Below are positions 9,013-18,514 of a DNA stretch of 64,000 bases, in pieces (the first letter of the stretch is position 1; every line of letters begins with the position of its first letter). The notes beneath the pieces were generated by a model. The model worked only from the letters and a program-made list of their open reading frames with translations. It had not been told where the DNA came from and searched no databases. Source of the stretch: Candidatus Poribacteria bacterium (GTDB lineage Bacteria > Poribacteria > WGA-4E > GCA-2687025); the NCBI GenBank assembly GCA_016866785.1, contig VGLH01000004.1, positions 3,573-67,572 on the forward strand, given 5' to 3'. A program made the position numbers and the translations under genes.

Positions 9013-9314
9013 TTCCGCTGTCGCACTTCGTCATTCTGAGCGCAATCCTGTTCGTGCTGGGGATGTATGCCGTCCTGACGCGCAGGAACGCGATTGCGAT
9101 CCTGATGGGAACGGAGTTGATCCTCAACGCCGCCAACCTGAACTTCGTGGCGTTCACGCGCTACATCGTAGGCGGGGTCGCGGGTCAGATGATCGCGGTG
9201 TTCGTCATCGTTCTGGCAGCCGCCGAGGCTGCGGTGGCGCTGGCGATCATCCTGACGCTCTATCAGGAGATGAATACGATCAGTCCCGACGAAACCCAGG
9301 AACTGAAGGGCTAG
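9009..9314 (+). CDS. nuoK: NADH-quinone oxidoreductase subunit K; probable non-AUG start (CTG 9009 or ATT 9012)
   Basis: The ORF track starts at GTG 9054. The same frame upstream reads (L)IPLSHFVILSAILFVLG, matching the canonical NuoK N-terminus MIPL.H, with no ATG/GTG/TTG available. Confidence 0.8.
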   Translation: MIPLSHFVILSAILFVLGMYAVLTRRNAIAILMGTELILNAANLNFVAFTRYIVGGVAGQMIAVFVIVLAAAEAAVALAIILTLYQEMNTISPDETQELKG

Positions 9315-9317
9315 CGC

Positions 9318-11618
9318 GTGGCGCTCACGCCGACGATCCTGCTGATCATACTGTTCTCTCCGCTTGCCGCCTTCCTGATCCAGATCCTGATCGGTCGGCG
9401 GCTTTTCGGCGCGACGGACTACCTGGATCCAGCGGACGCCCCCCACGACGGACACCACCACGGCGCTGGGAACCGAGCCGCCGGCGCGATCATCCCAATC
9501 CTGGGCATCGTAATCCCGCTGGTGCTGGTCGTGCTGACGGTTCTGCCGTCGCTGATGCAGCCCACCGATCCGGTGGCGGTCCCAACCGACGGCAACGGCG
9601 CTGTCTGGATCGACCTCGGCGGACACCAGATTCGTATCGGGCTCCTCGTGGACAACACATCGAAGGTGCTCCTCTTCATGGTCACCTTCGTCTGCTCGAT
9701 GATCCACATCTTCGCGTCCGCGTACATGAAGCTGCGCGACGGCAATCCGGAGCCACGCTACACGCGCTTCTTCGCCTACCTGTCGCTCTTCACGTTCTCG
9801 ATGATCCTGCTCGCCGTGTCGGACAACCTGCTGACGCTCTTCGTCGGCTGGGAGCTGATGGGTCTTTGCTCGTACCTGCTCATCGGCTTCTACTACGAGA
9901 AGAAGTCGGCGTGCGACGCCTCGCTGAAGGCGTTCATGACGACCCGGGTTGGCGACGTGCTGCTGTTCCTGGCGCTGGCGATCATCTGGACGAACATCGG
10001 GAGCCTGCGATTCGCAGAAGTGGCTGCCGGGATCCGCGCCGGACACCTGAGCGGCGGGCTTCTCACTGCGGCGGGTATCCTGGCTCTCGGCGGAGCGATC
10101 GGGAAATCGGCGCAGTTCCCGCTGCATACGTGGCTGCCGGACGCGATGGAGGGTCCCACGCCGGTCAGCGCGTTGATCCACGCGGCGACGATGGTGGCGG
10201 CGGGCGTCTACCTGGCGGCTCGCCTTCTCCAGATGGCTGTCCTGGACGCGACGGCGATGCTGTTCCTCGCCTACGTCGGGGCGTTCACAGCCGTCTTCGC
10301 CGCGAGCATCGCGTTCGTGCAAAACGACATCAAGCGCGTGCTCGCCTATTCGACGATCAGCCAGCTCGGGTACATGATGCTGGCAGTCGGAGTCGGCAAC
10401 TACACGGCGGCGATCTTCCACCTGCTGACGCATGCCTTCTTCAAGGCATGCATGTTCCTCGGATCGGGTAGCGTCATCCACGCGATGCACGACGCGCTCC
10501 ATCACGTCCACTCGCACGCCGACGCCCAAGACATGCGCAACATGGGCGGACTCCGGCGCAAGATGCCTTGGACGTTTGCGACCTTCGCCGTGTCCACGCT
10601 CGCCATCTCCGGCGTGCCGCTGACATCGGGATTCCTGAGCAAGGACGCCATCCTGGGCGGGTCGCTGGCGTTCGCCATGCGTGAGTCCGCCCATGCGGCG
10701 TTGCCGGTGCTCGGGTTCGGCGCAGCGCTGATGACCGCCTTCTACATGTTCCGCCTCCTGTTCATGACGTTCTTCGGCGAAGCCGCTGCCCGCGCCGATG
10801 ACCACGACCGTGAAGACGTGTCCCACGCCCACGGACACCTGCACGAATCGCCGGCATTGATGACGGTTCCGCTCGTGGGACTCGCGGCGTTCAGCTTGTT
10901 CCTCTTCTGGTCGGCGAACCCGTTCGCTGAGGGCTGGATCGGCGAGGTGGTGACGCGCGAATCTCTGCCAACCGCGATGGCTCCCGCGTCGTCGATGTCT
11001 GCGATGATTGCGAGCGCGGATGTAACCGAGCACGTCGCGACAGATGCACCGTCGCACGCACCATCAACTGACGCGCACTCGGACGAGAGCGACGTTGCGG
11101 CGCACGGAACCGAGGGACACGGAGAGAGCCATGACGACGTCGCGCACACGGCGCACCAGGTCGGCGTGGTGCTGTCTCTGATCGTCGCCGGTGCAGGCAT
11201 CCTGCTGTCCGTGCTCGTGTACCCGATGTCCCGCATCTCGACGTCGCGGTTGGCGGGCGGCTCGTTCGCCCGAGTGCTCGAACGCAAGTACGGGTTCGAC
11301 GAGCTATACGGCTTCCTCTTCGTTCGGAACCTGTTGCGCGTGAACCGGGCGTCCGCCGCGTTCGACAATCGCGTCGTCGATGGCGCGGTCAACGGAGTCG
11401 GTCGCGTGCTGGGGAGCGGACGGTATTCGATGACGTGGCTCAGCGGCGCGATCGACCGCGCGGTCGTCGACGGAGCGGTCAATGGCGTCGCGAGCGTCAT
11501 CCGCGCGTTCGGAGGAGCGTTCCGCCGCATTCAGACGGGCATGGTTCAGAGCTATCTGCTGGTGATCTTCACGGGCTTAGTGGTGCTGGTCTTCATCTTG
11601 TCGGCATTCGCTCGCTAG
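9318..11618 (+). CDS. nuoL: NADH-quinone oxidoreductase subunit L (antiporter-like), 766 aa with His-rich inserts
   Basis: GWELMGLCSYLLIGFYY and WLPDAMEGPTPVSALIHAATMVAAGVY motifs. GTG start. Confidence 0.9.
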   Translation: MALTPTILLIILFSPLAAFLIQILIGRRLFGATDYLDPADAPHDGHHHGAGNRAAGAIIPILGIVIPLVLVVLTVLPSLMQPTDPVAVPTDGNGAVWIDLGGHQIRIGLLVDNTSKVLLFMVTFVCSMIHIFASAYMKLRDGNPEPRYTRFFAYLSLFTFSMILLAVSDNLLTLFVGWELMGLCSYLLIGFYYEKKSACDASLKAFMTTRVGDVLLFLALAIIWTNIGSLRFAEVAAGIRAGHLSGGLLTAAGILALGGAIGKSAQFPLHTWLPDAMEGPTPVSALIHAATMVAAGVYLAARLLQMAVLDATAMLFLAYVGAFTAVFAASIAFVQNDIKRVLAYSTISQLGYMMLAVGVGNYTAAIFHLLTHAFFKACMFLGSGSVIHAMHDALHHVHSHADAQDMRNMGGLRRKMPWTFATFAVSTLAISGVPLTSGFLSKDAILGGSLAFAMRESAHAALPVLGFGAALMTAFYMFRLLFMTFFGEAAARADDHDREDVSHAHGHLHESPALMTVPLVGLAAFSLFLFWSANPFAEGWIGEVVTRESLPTAMAPASSMSAMIASADVTEHVATDAPSHAPSTDAHSDESDVAAHGTEGHGESHDDVAHTAHQVGVVLSLIVAGAGILLSVLVYPMSRISTSRLAGGSFARVLERKYGFDELYGFLFVRNLLRVNRASAAFDNRVVDGAVNGVGRVLGSGRYSMTWLSGAIDRAVVDGAVNGVASVIRAFGGAFRRIQTGMVQSYLLVIFTGLVVLVFILSAFAR

Positions 11619-11684
11619 CGCTGGACGGAGTCAGCGCCGTCGCACGGGCGCGGCTCGCACGGGACTTCGGGAGGGCTTCGGCTG

Positions 11685-13244
11685 ATGGATGTGCTCACGC
11701 TGCTCTGGCTGGTACCGCTCGTGGCGATGGTCGTTGTGCTCGTCGCCCCGCGGTCGCTCGCACGGATCATCAGCTTGATCGCCACGGCGATCACGCTGGT
11801 GTTGAGCGGCGTCGTGTGGTCGTCGTTCGATCCGTCGGTCGCGAGCATCCAGATGGAGACGCGGCTGGCGTGGATACCGGCGCTCAACATCCAGTACTTC
11901 GTCGGCGTGGACGGCATCAGCATCACGCTGATCCTGCTGACGACCGTCATCTCCATCATCGCCGTGATCGCCTCGTGGAACATCGGGGAGGAGACGCATC
12001 GCGAAGGAACCGAGAAGGGCTACTTCGCCATGCTCCTCCTGCTGGTGTCCGGGATGCTGGGGTTCTTCCTGGCGCTGGACCTGATCCTCTTCTACCTGTT
12101 CTTCGAGTTGACGCTCCTGCCGATGTACTTCCTGATCGGCGTGTGGGGAGGACCTCGGCGCGAGTACGCCGCCATCAAGTTCTTCCTCTACACGCTCTTC
12201 GGCAGCGTGTTCATGCTGGTGGCGATTCTCGCGCTCTACTTCCAGAGCGGCGCGGCGGGAGCCCGGACGTTCAGCATTCCTGAGCTCGCGCAGGCGGGCT
12301 TGCCGGTGCATGTGCTGAACTGGCTCTGGCTGGGGTTCTTCCTCGGCTTCGCCATCAAGGTTCCCATCTTCCCGTTCCATACCTGGTTGCCCGACGCCCA
12401 CGTCGAGGCTCCGACGCCCATCAGCGTCATCCTGGCGGGCGTGCTCCTGAAAATGGGAACCTACGGCTTGGTGCGGATGAACGTCCAGGTTCTATCGGGC
12501 GCGTCGGAGGGCTGGTGGACGTTCCTCGCCGTTCTGGGCGTCATCAACATCATCTACGGCTCGTTCTGCGCGATGGCGCAGAAGGACCTCAAGAAGCTGG
12601 TCGCCTACTCCAGCATCGGACACATGGGGTTCGTTCTGCTCGCGACGGCGGCAAGGACGCCGGAAGGGATCAACGGCGCGATCTTCCAGATGGTCAGCCA
12701 CGGGCTCCTGAGCGGCATGCTGTTCCTCGTCGTCGGCGTCATCTACGTCCGAGCGCATCACCGCTATATCGTCTATCCGACCGAGACGGAGCTGCTGGAC
12801 CTCTATCACATCGACCGGAGCAAGGCTGGGACGATGGGCTTCGGCGGCTTGGCGAACATCATGCCGGTCTACACGGGCGTGATGACCATCGCCTTCTTCG
12901 GGTCGCTCGGGCTGCCGGGGATGAGCGGATTCGTCGGCGAAGCTCTGGCGTTGCTGGGGGCGTGGCGGGTGTATCCCGTATTCACGGTGCTGGCAGTGAT
13001 CGGGATCGTCGTAGGTGCGGCGTACTTCCTCTGGACCATCCAGCGGATGTTCCTCGGCGCCAAGAACCCGGACTGGGCAGGGCTCCCGGACATCAGCACT
13101 CGCGAACTGGTGACGCTCGTGCCGCTGGCGGCTCTGGTGATCGTCCTCGGCGTCGTGCCACGCATCGCCATCGACCTGACGAAGGAGACAGTCGTCGGGC
13201 TCCAGGCAGTTCAGGACGCCGTCGCCCGTCTGACATCCTTCTAG
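11685..13244 (+). CDS. nuoM: NADH-quinone oxidoreductase subunit M
   Basis: FPFHTWLPDAHVEAPTPISVILAGVLLKMGTYG motif. Position between L and N. Confidence 0.9.
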   Translation: MDVLTLLWLVPLVAMVVVLVAPRSLARIISLIATAITLVLSGVVWSSFDPSVASIQMETRLAWIPALNIQYFVGVDGISITLILLTTVISIIAVIASWNIGEETHREGTEKGYFAMLLLLVSGMLGFFLALDLILFYLFFELTLLPMYFLIGVWGGPRREYAAIKFFLYTLFGSVFMLVAILALYFQSGAAGARTFSIPELAQAGLPVHVLNWLWLGFFLGFAIKVPIFPFHTWLPDAHVEAPTPISVILAGVLLKMGTYGLVRMNVQVLSGASEGWWTFLAVLGVINIIYGSFCAMAQKDLKKLVAYSSIGHMGFVLLATAARTPEGINGAIFQMVSHGLLSGMLFLVVGVIYVRAHHRYIVYPTETELLDLYHIDRSKAGTMGFGGLANIMPVYTGVMTIAFFGSLGLPGMSGFVGEALALLGAWRVYPVFTVLAVIGIVVGAAYFLWTIQRMFLGAKNPDWAGLPDISTRELVTLVPLAALVIVLGVVPRIAIDLTKETVVGLQAVQDAVARLTSF

Positions 13245-13272
13245 AAGCCCTCGCTCTGGGAAGCAGCGCACT

Positions 13273-14784
13273 GTGCAGTCACTATCGAACCTTGAGAGCC
13301 TGACGCACTTCGTACCGGAGCTCGCCCTCGCCTCGTTCGCGGTGGTCGTGCTGATCGCCGATCTCCTGGCGCGAGGGAGAGGCAGTCAGATGGCGGCAGC
13401 GCTGGCGCTGCTGAGTCTCGTCGTCGTCGGCGCCATCGTCGCTGCCGAGACGCACGACGGCGAGCTCCTGTTCATGGGCATGGTTCGGCACGACGCGTTC
13501 TCGCAGTTCCTCAAGGTACTGATCGCCGTCTGCGGCGCGACGACCGTCGTCGTCTCGTGGCGCGCGCCCGAGATCGATGGGAAGATGAAGGGCGAGTACT
13601 ACACGCTCCTGCTCTTCGCGATCTTCGGCATGTTCCTCATGGTCTCAGCCGCGAACCTGGTGCTCGTCTACATCGCGGTGGAGATGGCGAGCATCAGCTC
13701 CTATCTCCTCGCCGGCTTCGTCACGTCGCGGACACGGTCGAGCGAGGCTGCCTTCAAGTACGTCATCTACGGCTCCGTGGCTTCGGGCGTCATGCTGTTC
13801 GGCATCTCGCTGCTCTTCGGCATGGCCGGCGGCGCAGACATCGCCGGGATGTCTTCGCGCCTTGTCGGAGCGCCGAACGTCGGAGTGGTCCTCGCGCTGG
13901 TGCTCGTGTTCGCCGGGATCGGCTACAAGATCGCGTCCGTTCCGTTTCACATGTGGTCACCGGACGTGTACGAGGGGTCGCCGCTACCAGTGACGGCGTT
14001 CCTGTCTGTTGCCTCGAAGGCGGCGGGATTCGGTCTGGCGATCCGCTTCTTCTACGATGGGTGGGCATCCGCCAGCGCGTCGGTCGCCGACTGGCCCACC
14101 TTCGTCGCCCTCGTGAGCGTTCTGACGATGACCGTGGGCAACTTCGCCGCGATCGGTCAGCGGAACCTGAAGCGTCTGCTCGCCTATTCGAGCATCGCTC
14201 ACGGCGGCTACCTCCTGATGGGCGTCGCCGCGATGGGAGGCGGATCGTCCGAGCCCATCGCGCCCATGCTGTTCTATCTGGTCGTCTATCTCTTCATGAA
14301 CTTGGGCGCGTTCTACATCGTGCTCCACCTATCGCATCCCTCGCGCCTTGGCTCCGAGACCATCGACGGCTATCGCGGGCTTGTTCGCCGGAACCCATGG
14401 CTCGCGGTGTCGATGAGCGTCTTTCTGTTCTCGTTGATCGGCTTGCCGCCGTTCGCGGGCTTCTGGGGCAAACTCTACCTGTTCAAGTCCGTGATCGACC
14501 GCAGCCTCGCGCCAGGCGGCATCGCAGGTCACAACTTCACCTGGCTGGTCGTCGTCGGGCTGCTGAACAGCGCCGTGTCGCTCTACTACTACTTCAGCGT
14601 CGTCAAGGCAATGCTGCTCGACGCCGGCGAGGAAGAGGGTCAGGTCCGCGCTCACCCGGCATTTGCCGTGTTGCTGCTCCTGCTGCTGATACCGACACTG
14701 CTCCTCGGCTTCGTCACGACATCCGACGATCCCTGGGTTCGCGACGCCTCCCTGAGCGCCGCCTCGACCTCGCTGGTGCCCTGA
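13273..14784 (+). CDS. nuoN: NADH-quinone oxidoreductase subunit N
   Basis: VPFHMWSPDVYEGSPLPVTAFLSVASKAAGF motif. GTG start. Last gene of the nuo block. Confidence 0.9.
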   Translation: MQSLSNLESLTHFVPELALASFAVVVLIADLLARGRGSQMAAALALLSLVVVGAIVAAETHDGELLFMGMVRHDAFSQFLKVLIAVCGATTVVVSWRAPEIDGKMKGEYYTLLLFAIFGMFLMVSAANLVLVYIAVEMASISSYLLAGFVTSRTRSSEAAFKYVIYGSVASGVMLFGISLLFGMAGGADIAGMSSRLVGAPNVGVVLALVLVFAGIGYKIASVPFHMWSPDVYEGSPLPVTAFLSVASKAAGFGLAIRFFYDGWASASASVADWPTFVALVSVLTMTVGNFAAIGQRNLKRLLAYSSIAHGGYLLMGVAAMGGGSSEPIAPMLFYLVVYLFMNLGAFYIVLHLSHPSRLGSETIDGYRGLVRRNPWLAVSMSVFLFSLIGLPPFAGFWGKLYLFKSVIDRSLAPGGIAGHNFTWLVVVGLLNSAVSLYYYFSVVKAMLLDAGEEEGQVRAHPAFAVLLLLLLIPTLLLGFVTTSDDPWVRDASLSAASTSLVP

Positions 14785-14890
14785 TCCGCCCGCTCCTGTC
14801 CATCTGAAACCCAACGCGCCCCGCCGCCGTTGTCCTCAGTTGCCGGAGGACTCTCGGACTGTACGTCTGGGTAGCGGAAGGACAGGAATC

Positions 14891-17269
14891 ATGCGCGGTT
14901 TGCTGTGGCGAGCCCGGTTTCTCGCCGCTGGAATGGTATTCGTCGCCGCGACCGTCTCAGCACAGACCGTTGGCGCATCTCGTGACCCCGTCGTTCGCCG
15001 CACCTTGTACCAGGCTGCCCTCGAGCGAGAGGCGCTCACGGGCTCCGATGCTCGCCTGCTGGGACTCGGCGGGGCAGGAGTCGCCATCAGCACGGGCCCC
15101 GAATCCCTGCTCTGGAGCCCCGCGTCACTCACCGACTCCGAGAACGTCCGCATCGCCGTAGCCGACGAGCCGGTCCGATCACGCGGGGTCTCGCGTGAAG
15201 GCAGCGTCGCCCTTTCCGGCAACCTACGCGCTCTGGGAAGCGATCGTTGGGGAGCTCTCGGCGTCGCCCATTGGGCTCAAGGCTGGGGCATCGACCCTGT
15301 GCGGAACCGCACCCTCGCCGTCGGGTACGCGTCGGCACGCGAACGCGGTCTGGCATTCGGTGTGGCGCTACGCCGCGAGACGCGCACCACTGCCGAGACG
15401 GATTTCGGCGGATGGGGCATCGACGGCGGCGTCAGCTACGCCTACGAGTTCAGCGATCAACGTCGAGTTGGGCTCGGCGCATCCGTCACCAACTTCGGCA
15501 CGCGCCTGTCGAGCAACTCCGGCGAAGGGCTGGCGCTCGCCTACAGCCCACCCATCGTGCGAGCCGGCATTGCGTACCAACCGGACGCCGACACGCTTCT
15601 GGCGTCGCAGTGGTCGTACGCGCACGACGATCTGCGCGAAGTCCCGGACCGCCACCGGTTCCATCTGGGGCTGGAACGTTGGTTCGCCGAAAGCCGGGCG
15701 GCTGCGCGAGTCGGCTACAACGCGACCGTGCGGCGGGATCGCTTCGGCAAGGGCGTGTGGAGCTTCGGCGCGTCCTATCGGGTCCTGTCCGGCAGGCTGG
15801 ACTACGCGCTCGTGACCGGCAAGGACGCCCTCGGACGCCAGTTGCGCGCGCGTCACCTCATCACCATGTCGCTCGACTGGGCGAGCCCGGTCCTGTCGCT
15901 CCGTCGCACGTCGGCTCCAATCGCCCAGGTTCCGGTCGAAGACCCCCAGCCGGTTCAGCTCCCGGACGGAATCGACCGGCTCGTGACCGTCGAGCGCGAT
16001 GTCTTCTCGCCTAGCCGCGACGGTGGCGGCGAGGCGCGGTTCCACATCGCGTCGCTGCCATCGGCGTGGACGCTCGAAATCATGGATCGCGACCGTCGGA
16101 CGGTCCGCAGCCATGCCGGCGAGGCGAAGGCGCCGATCACGACGCTTGGATGGAACGGACGGGATCGCGACGACCTCGTCGTGCCAGATGGCGTGTATTA
16201 CTGGAGGCTCATGGGCTCTGGAGGCACGAACCGGGTGCTCTCGCAGGGAGCCGTCACCGTCGATGCGTCGGCTCCCGTCATCGCGATTGCGTCAGAGCCC
16301 TTGGCGTTCCTGCACGACAAGCAGTCGTCGGATGCCCGCCTCAGCCTGGCGGCAACAGACGCCGGGATCATCACTGCGTGGTCTGTGCGCATCCAGGATG
16401 CGGGCGGGAAGGTATTGGTCGCCACGGCTGGGAAAGGCGTGCCTCCCCGGTCCATCGCGTGGCGGAACTGGCAGGAATCGGTCGACGCGGGGAGTTCATG
16501 CGTCGCCGAGCTCACGGCGACTGACGAGGCAGGCAACGCATCTGCCGTTCGTCTGACGATGCCGGTCCTCGACCTTCGCCATACGTCAGCGGCGGTTGAG
16601 AACGGCTCCTTGGCGGTATCGATGCCAGCGACGGCGTTCGCGCAGAACGGAATCGGCTTGACATCGCAGGGAAGCCGACTGGTCGCACAACTGGGCGAGG
16701 CGTGGCGCGCTCATCCGAACCTCGACCTCGTGATTCAGCAGAGCGCTGACCCCGTGACGCGTGCCGTCACGACGAGTCACGTCGCCACGTTGCAGTCCGC
16801 TCTCCAGTCCACAGCGTCCGCCGATCGTTCCCCCGTCCGTGTCATGGACGCGCCGACGGCGGACAGCGCGGCGGTCAAGATCGTGTTATCCGGCAGGCTT
16901 CGGGCGTCGTTCGAGCCGTCAGTTGCCAGAGCGACGCCGACTCCACGGATCCCAGCGCCGGAGGGTTCCCCGGCTTCCGCAGCGGAACAGACGCCCGCAG
17001 CCTCCGTCGCAGCGCCGACCCCCGGCGCGGTCGCGGTGTTGGTCGGGTCGTTCCGCGAAAAGCCCCGAGCCGATCAGCTCGTGGCGCAGATCAACGCGAT
17101 GAACCTCGGATCGCCAGCGAGGATCGAAGTGGTCTCGCTCTCCGGCGAGAACTGGTACCGCGTGCTGATCGGCAACTTCTCGTCGCGGGACAGCGCCGGG
17201 CCCGTGCACGCGGCGGTACGTCAACGGGTGAACGCCGACGCCATCCTCTTCGTGTCCGATCCGCGCTAG
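14891..17269 (+). CDS. Secreted multidomain protein: N-terminal beta-barrel-like region, FlgD-Ig-like middle region(s), C-terminal SPOR domain
   Basis: Signal peptide MRGLLWRARFLAAGMVFVAATVSAQT from ATG 14891. The first ~340 aa have an alternating amphipathic pattern ending ITMSLDW. The segment WNGRDRDDLVVPDGVYYWRL is FlgD-Ig-like. The C-terminal VAVLVGSFREKPRADQLV..NWYRVLIGNFSSRDSA is SPOR-like. Confidence 0.7.
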   Translation: MRGLLWRARFLAAGMVFVAATVSAQTVGASRDPVVRRTLYQAALEREALTGSDARLLGLGGAGVAISTGPESLLWSPASLTDSENVRIAVADEPVRSRGVSREGSVALSGNLRALGSDRWGALGVAHWAQGWGIDPVRNRTLAVGYASARERGLAFGVALRRETRTTAETDFGGWGIDGGVSYAYEFSDQRRVGLGASVTNFGTRLSSNSGEGLALAYSPPIVRAGIAYQPDADTLLASQWSYAHDDLREVPDRHRFHLGLERWFAESRAAARVGYNATVRRDRFGKGVWSFGASYRVLSGRLDYALVTGKDALGRQLRARHLITMSLDWASPVLSLRRTSAPIAQVPVEDPQPVQLPDGIDRLVTVERDVFSPSRDGGGEARFHIASLPSAWTLEIMDRDRRTVRSHAGEAKAPITTLGWNGRDRDDLVVPDGVYYWRLMGSGGTNRVLSQGAVTVDASAPVIAIASEPLAFLHDKQSSDARLSLAATDAGIITAWSVRIQDAGGKVLVATAGKGVPPRSIAWRNWQESVDAGSSCVAELTATDEAGNASAVRLTMPVLDLRHTSAAVENGSLAVSMPATAFAQNGIGLTSQGSRLVAQLGEAWRAHPNLDLVIQQSADPVTRAVTTSHVATLQSALQSTASADRSPVRVMDAPTADSAAVKIVLSGRLRASFEPSVARATPTPRIPAPEGSPASAAEQTPAASVAAPTPGAVAVLVGSFREKPRADQLVAQINAMNLGSPARIEVVSLSGENWYRVLIGNFSSRDSAGPVHAAVRQRVNADAILFVSDPR

Positions 17270-17290
17270 GAAGAACCCGCGCAGCAGCGG

Positions 17291-18190
17291 CTAGGGGAGG
17301 CTGACGAGACGGTCGACGGCATCGAACTCATCCTCCGTGAGCCGCCACCCCTGGGCGCCGACGTGCTCGACCACCTGTTGCGGCGTCTTTGCGCCCACCA
17401 ACACGCACGTCACTGCCGGGTTCCTCAGCAGCGCGTTGATCGAGAGCTGAACCAGCGTCTTGCCGCGACCCGAGGCGATCTCAGCCAAGCCGTCGATGAT
17501 CGGTTCGACACGCCGAAGCGACGCATCGGCGAACGAGTCCATCCGCGCTCGCTCGTCATCCTCAGCGAACCGGTGACCCGGTCGGTACTTCCCGGTCAGC
17601 AGACCTTTTGCCAGAGGGCTGTGCGCCAGTATGCCGATTCCCTCCTGCTGGCAGAACGGCAGGATCGTGTTCTCGATGGATCGGTCCAGCAAATGGTAAC
17701 ACGGTTGCAGTGAATGGAAGGGCGTCGTCTTCATCGCTTCTTCCATCTCTCGGACCCCGAAGTTGGACACACCGAGATACCGCGCTTTGCCGCTCCGACG
17801 AAGGTCGTCGAGAGCTCGCATCGTCTCGTCGATCGGGTACCGGGCGTTCCACCAGTGAACCTGGTAGAGGTCCACGTAGTCCGTCCGCAGGGCAGCCAAG
17901 CTGTCGTCGATTGCCGTGCGGATGGCTGCGGCTGAGAAGTTCCCGCTGACCTTCGTCGCAAGGAACACGGAAGATCGGCGACCGTCGGTCAGCGCTCTAC
18001 CGATGACTCCCTCAGACCCTCTGTAGGCTTGCGCCGTGTCGATCAGCGTGATGCCGTGATCGATGGCGGCATGGATCGTCGCGACCGCCTGCGCTTCGTC
18101 GACCTCTCCCATGCCCCCGCCGATGGGCCACGCCCCGAAGCCGATCACCGGGATTTCCGGACCGTCTCTGCCGAGCGTGCGAGTCTCCAT
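17291..18190 (-). CDS. Aldo/keto reductase
   Basis: GFGAWPIGGGMG, IDTAQAYRGSE and YVDLYQVHW motifs. Start could also be 18205. Confidence 0.9.
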   Translation of the reverse strand: METRTLGRDGPEIPVIGFGAWPIGGGMGEVDEAQAVATIHAAIDHGITLIDTAQAYRGSEGVIGRALTDGRRSSVFLATKVSGNFSAAAIRTAIDDSLAALRTDYVDLYQVHWWNARYPIDETMRALDDLRRSGKARYLGVSNFGVREMEEAMKTTPFHSLQPCYHLLDRSIENTILPFCQQEGIGILAHSPLAKGLLTGKYRPGHRFAEDDERARMDSFADASLRRVEPIIDGLAEIASGRGKTLVQLSINALLRNPAVTCVLVGAKTPQQVVEHVGAQGWRLTEDEFDAVDRLVSLP

Positions 18191-18514
18191 CGAGTCTCCC
18201 TCCATCCAGACTGCGTACCGTCACTGCGAGTATGCCGACCCCCACCAACGGGCGCAACGCGAAGCGGTCGTCGCCTTGAATGACAGACGAGGTCGCGCTA
18301 CGATAGACAAATGCTGACTGTGCCGTCATTGCGTCATGGAGCCGATGACGGCGATAGAACGGGCCCACGCAACCTTGCCACACCGAACCCTTGACGTTGT
18401 CTCGTCTGACGGCTGACCTCATCCATGTTGCCCTATGCAGGGGCTTGGACCGATTCCGCTTGGTCATCCGTCATGGGTCGGTATGACTCCCATCGGCATG
18501 CGAAAGGTGCATCC

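Noticed and set aside
8796-11057. 753-aa minus-strand ORF. Similar very long ORFs occur at 1865..4000 (+), 72..1112 (+), 25683..27233 (+), 41273..42556 (-), 47196..48389 (+), 48226..49413 (+), 30520..31650 (+), 31226..32320 (-) and others.
   Set aside because: All lie antisense or out of frame to genes with unmistakable conserved motifs. Their translations are Arg/Ala/Gly/Pro/His-dominated, as expected for non-coding frames of high-GC DNA. None has a recognisable motif or RBS.
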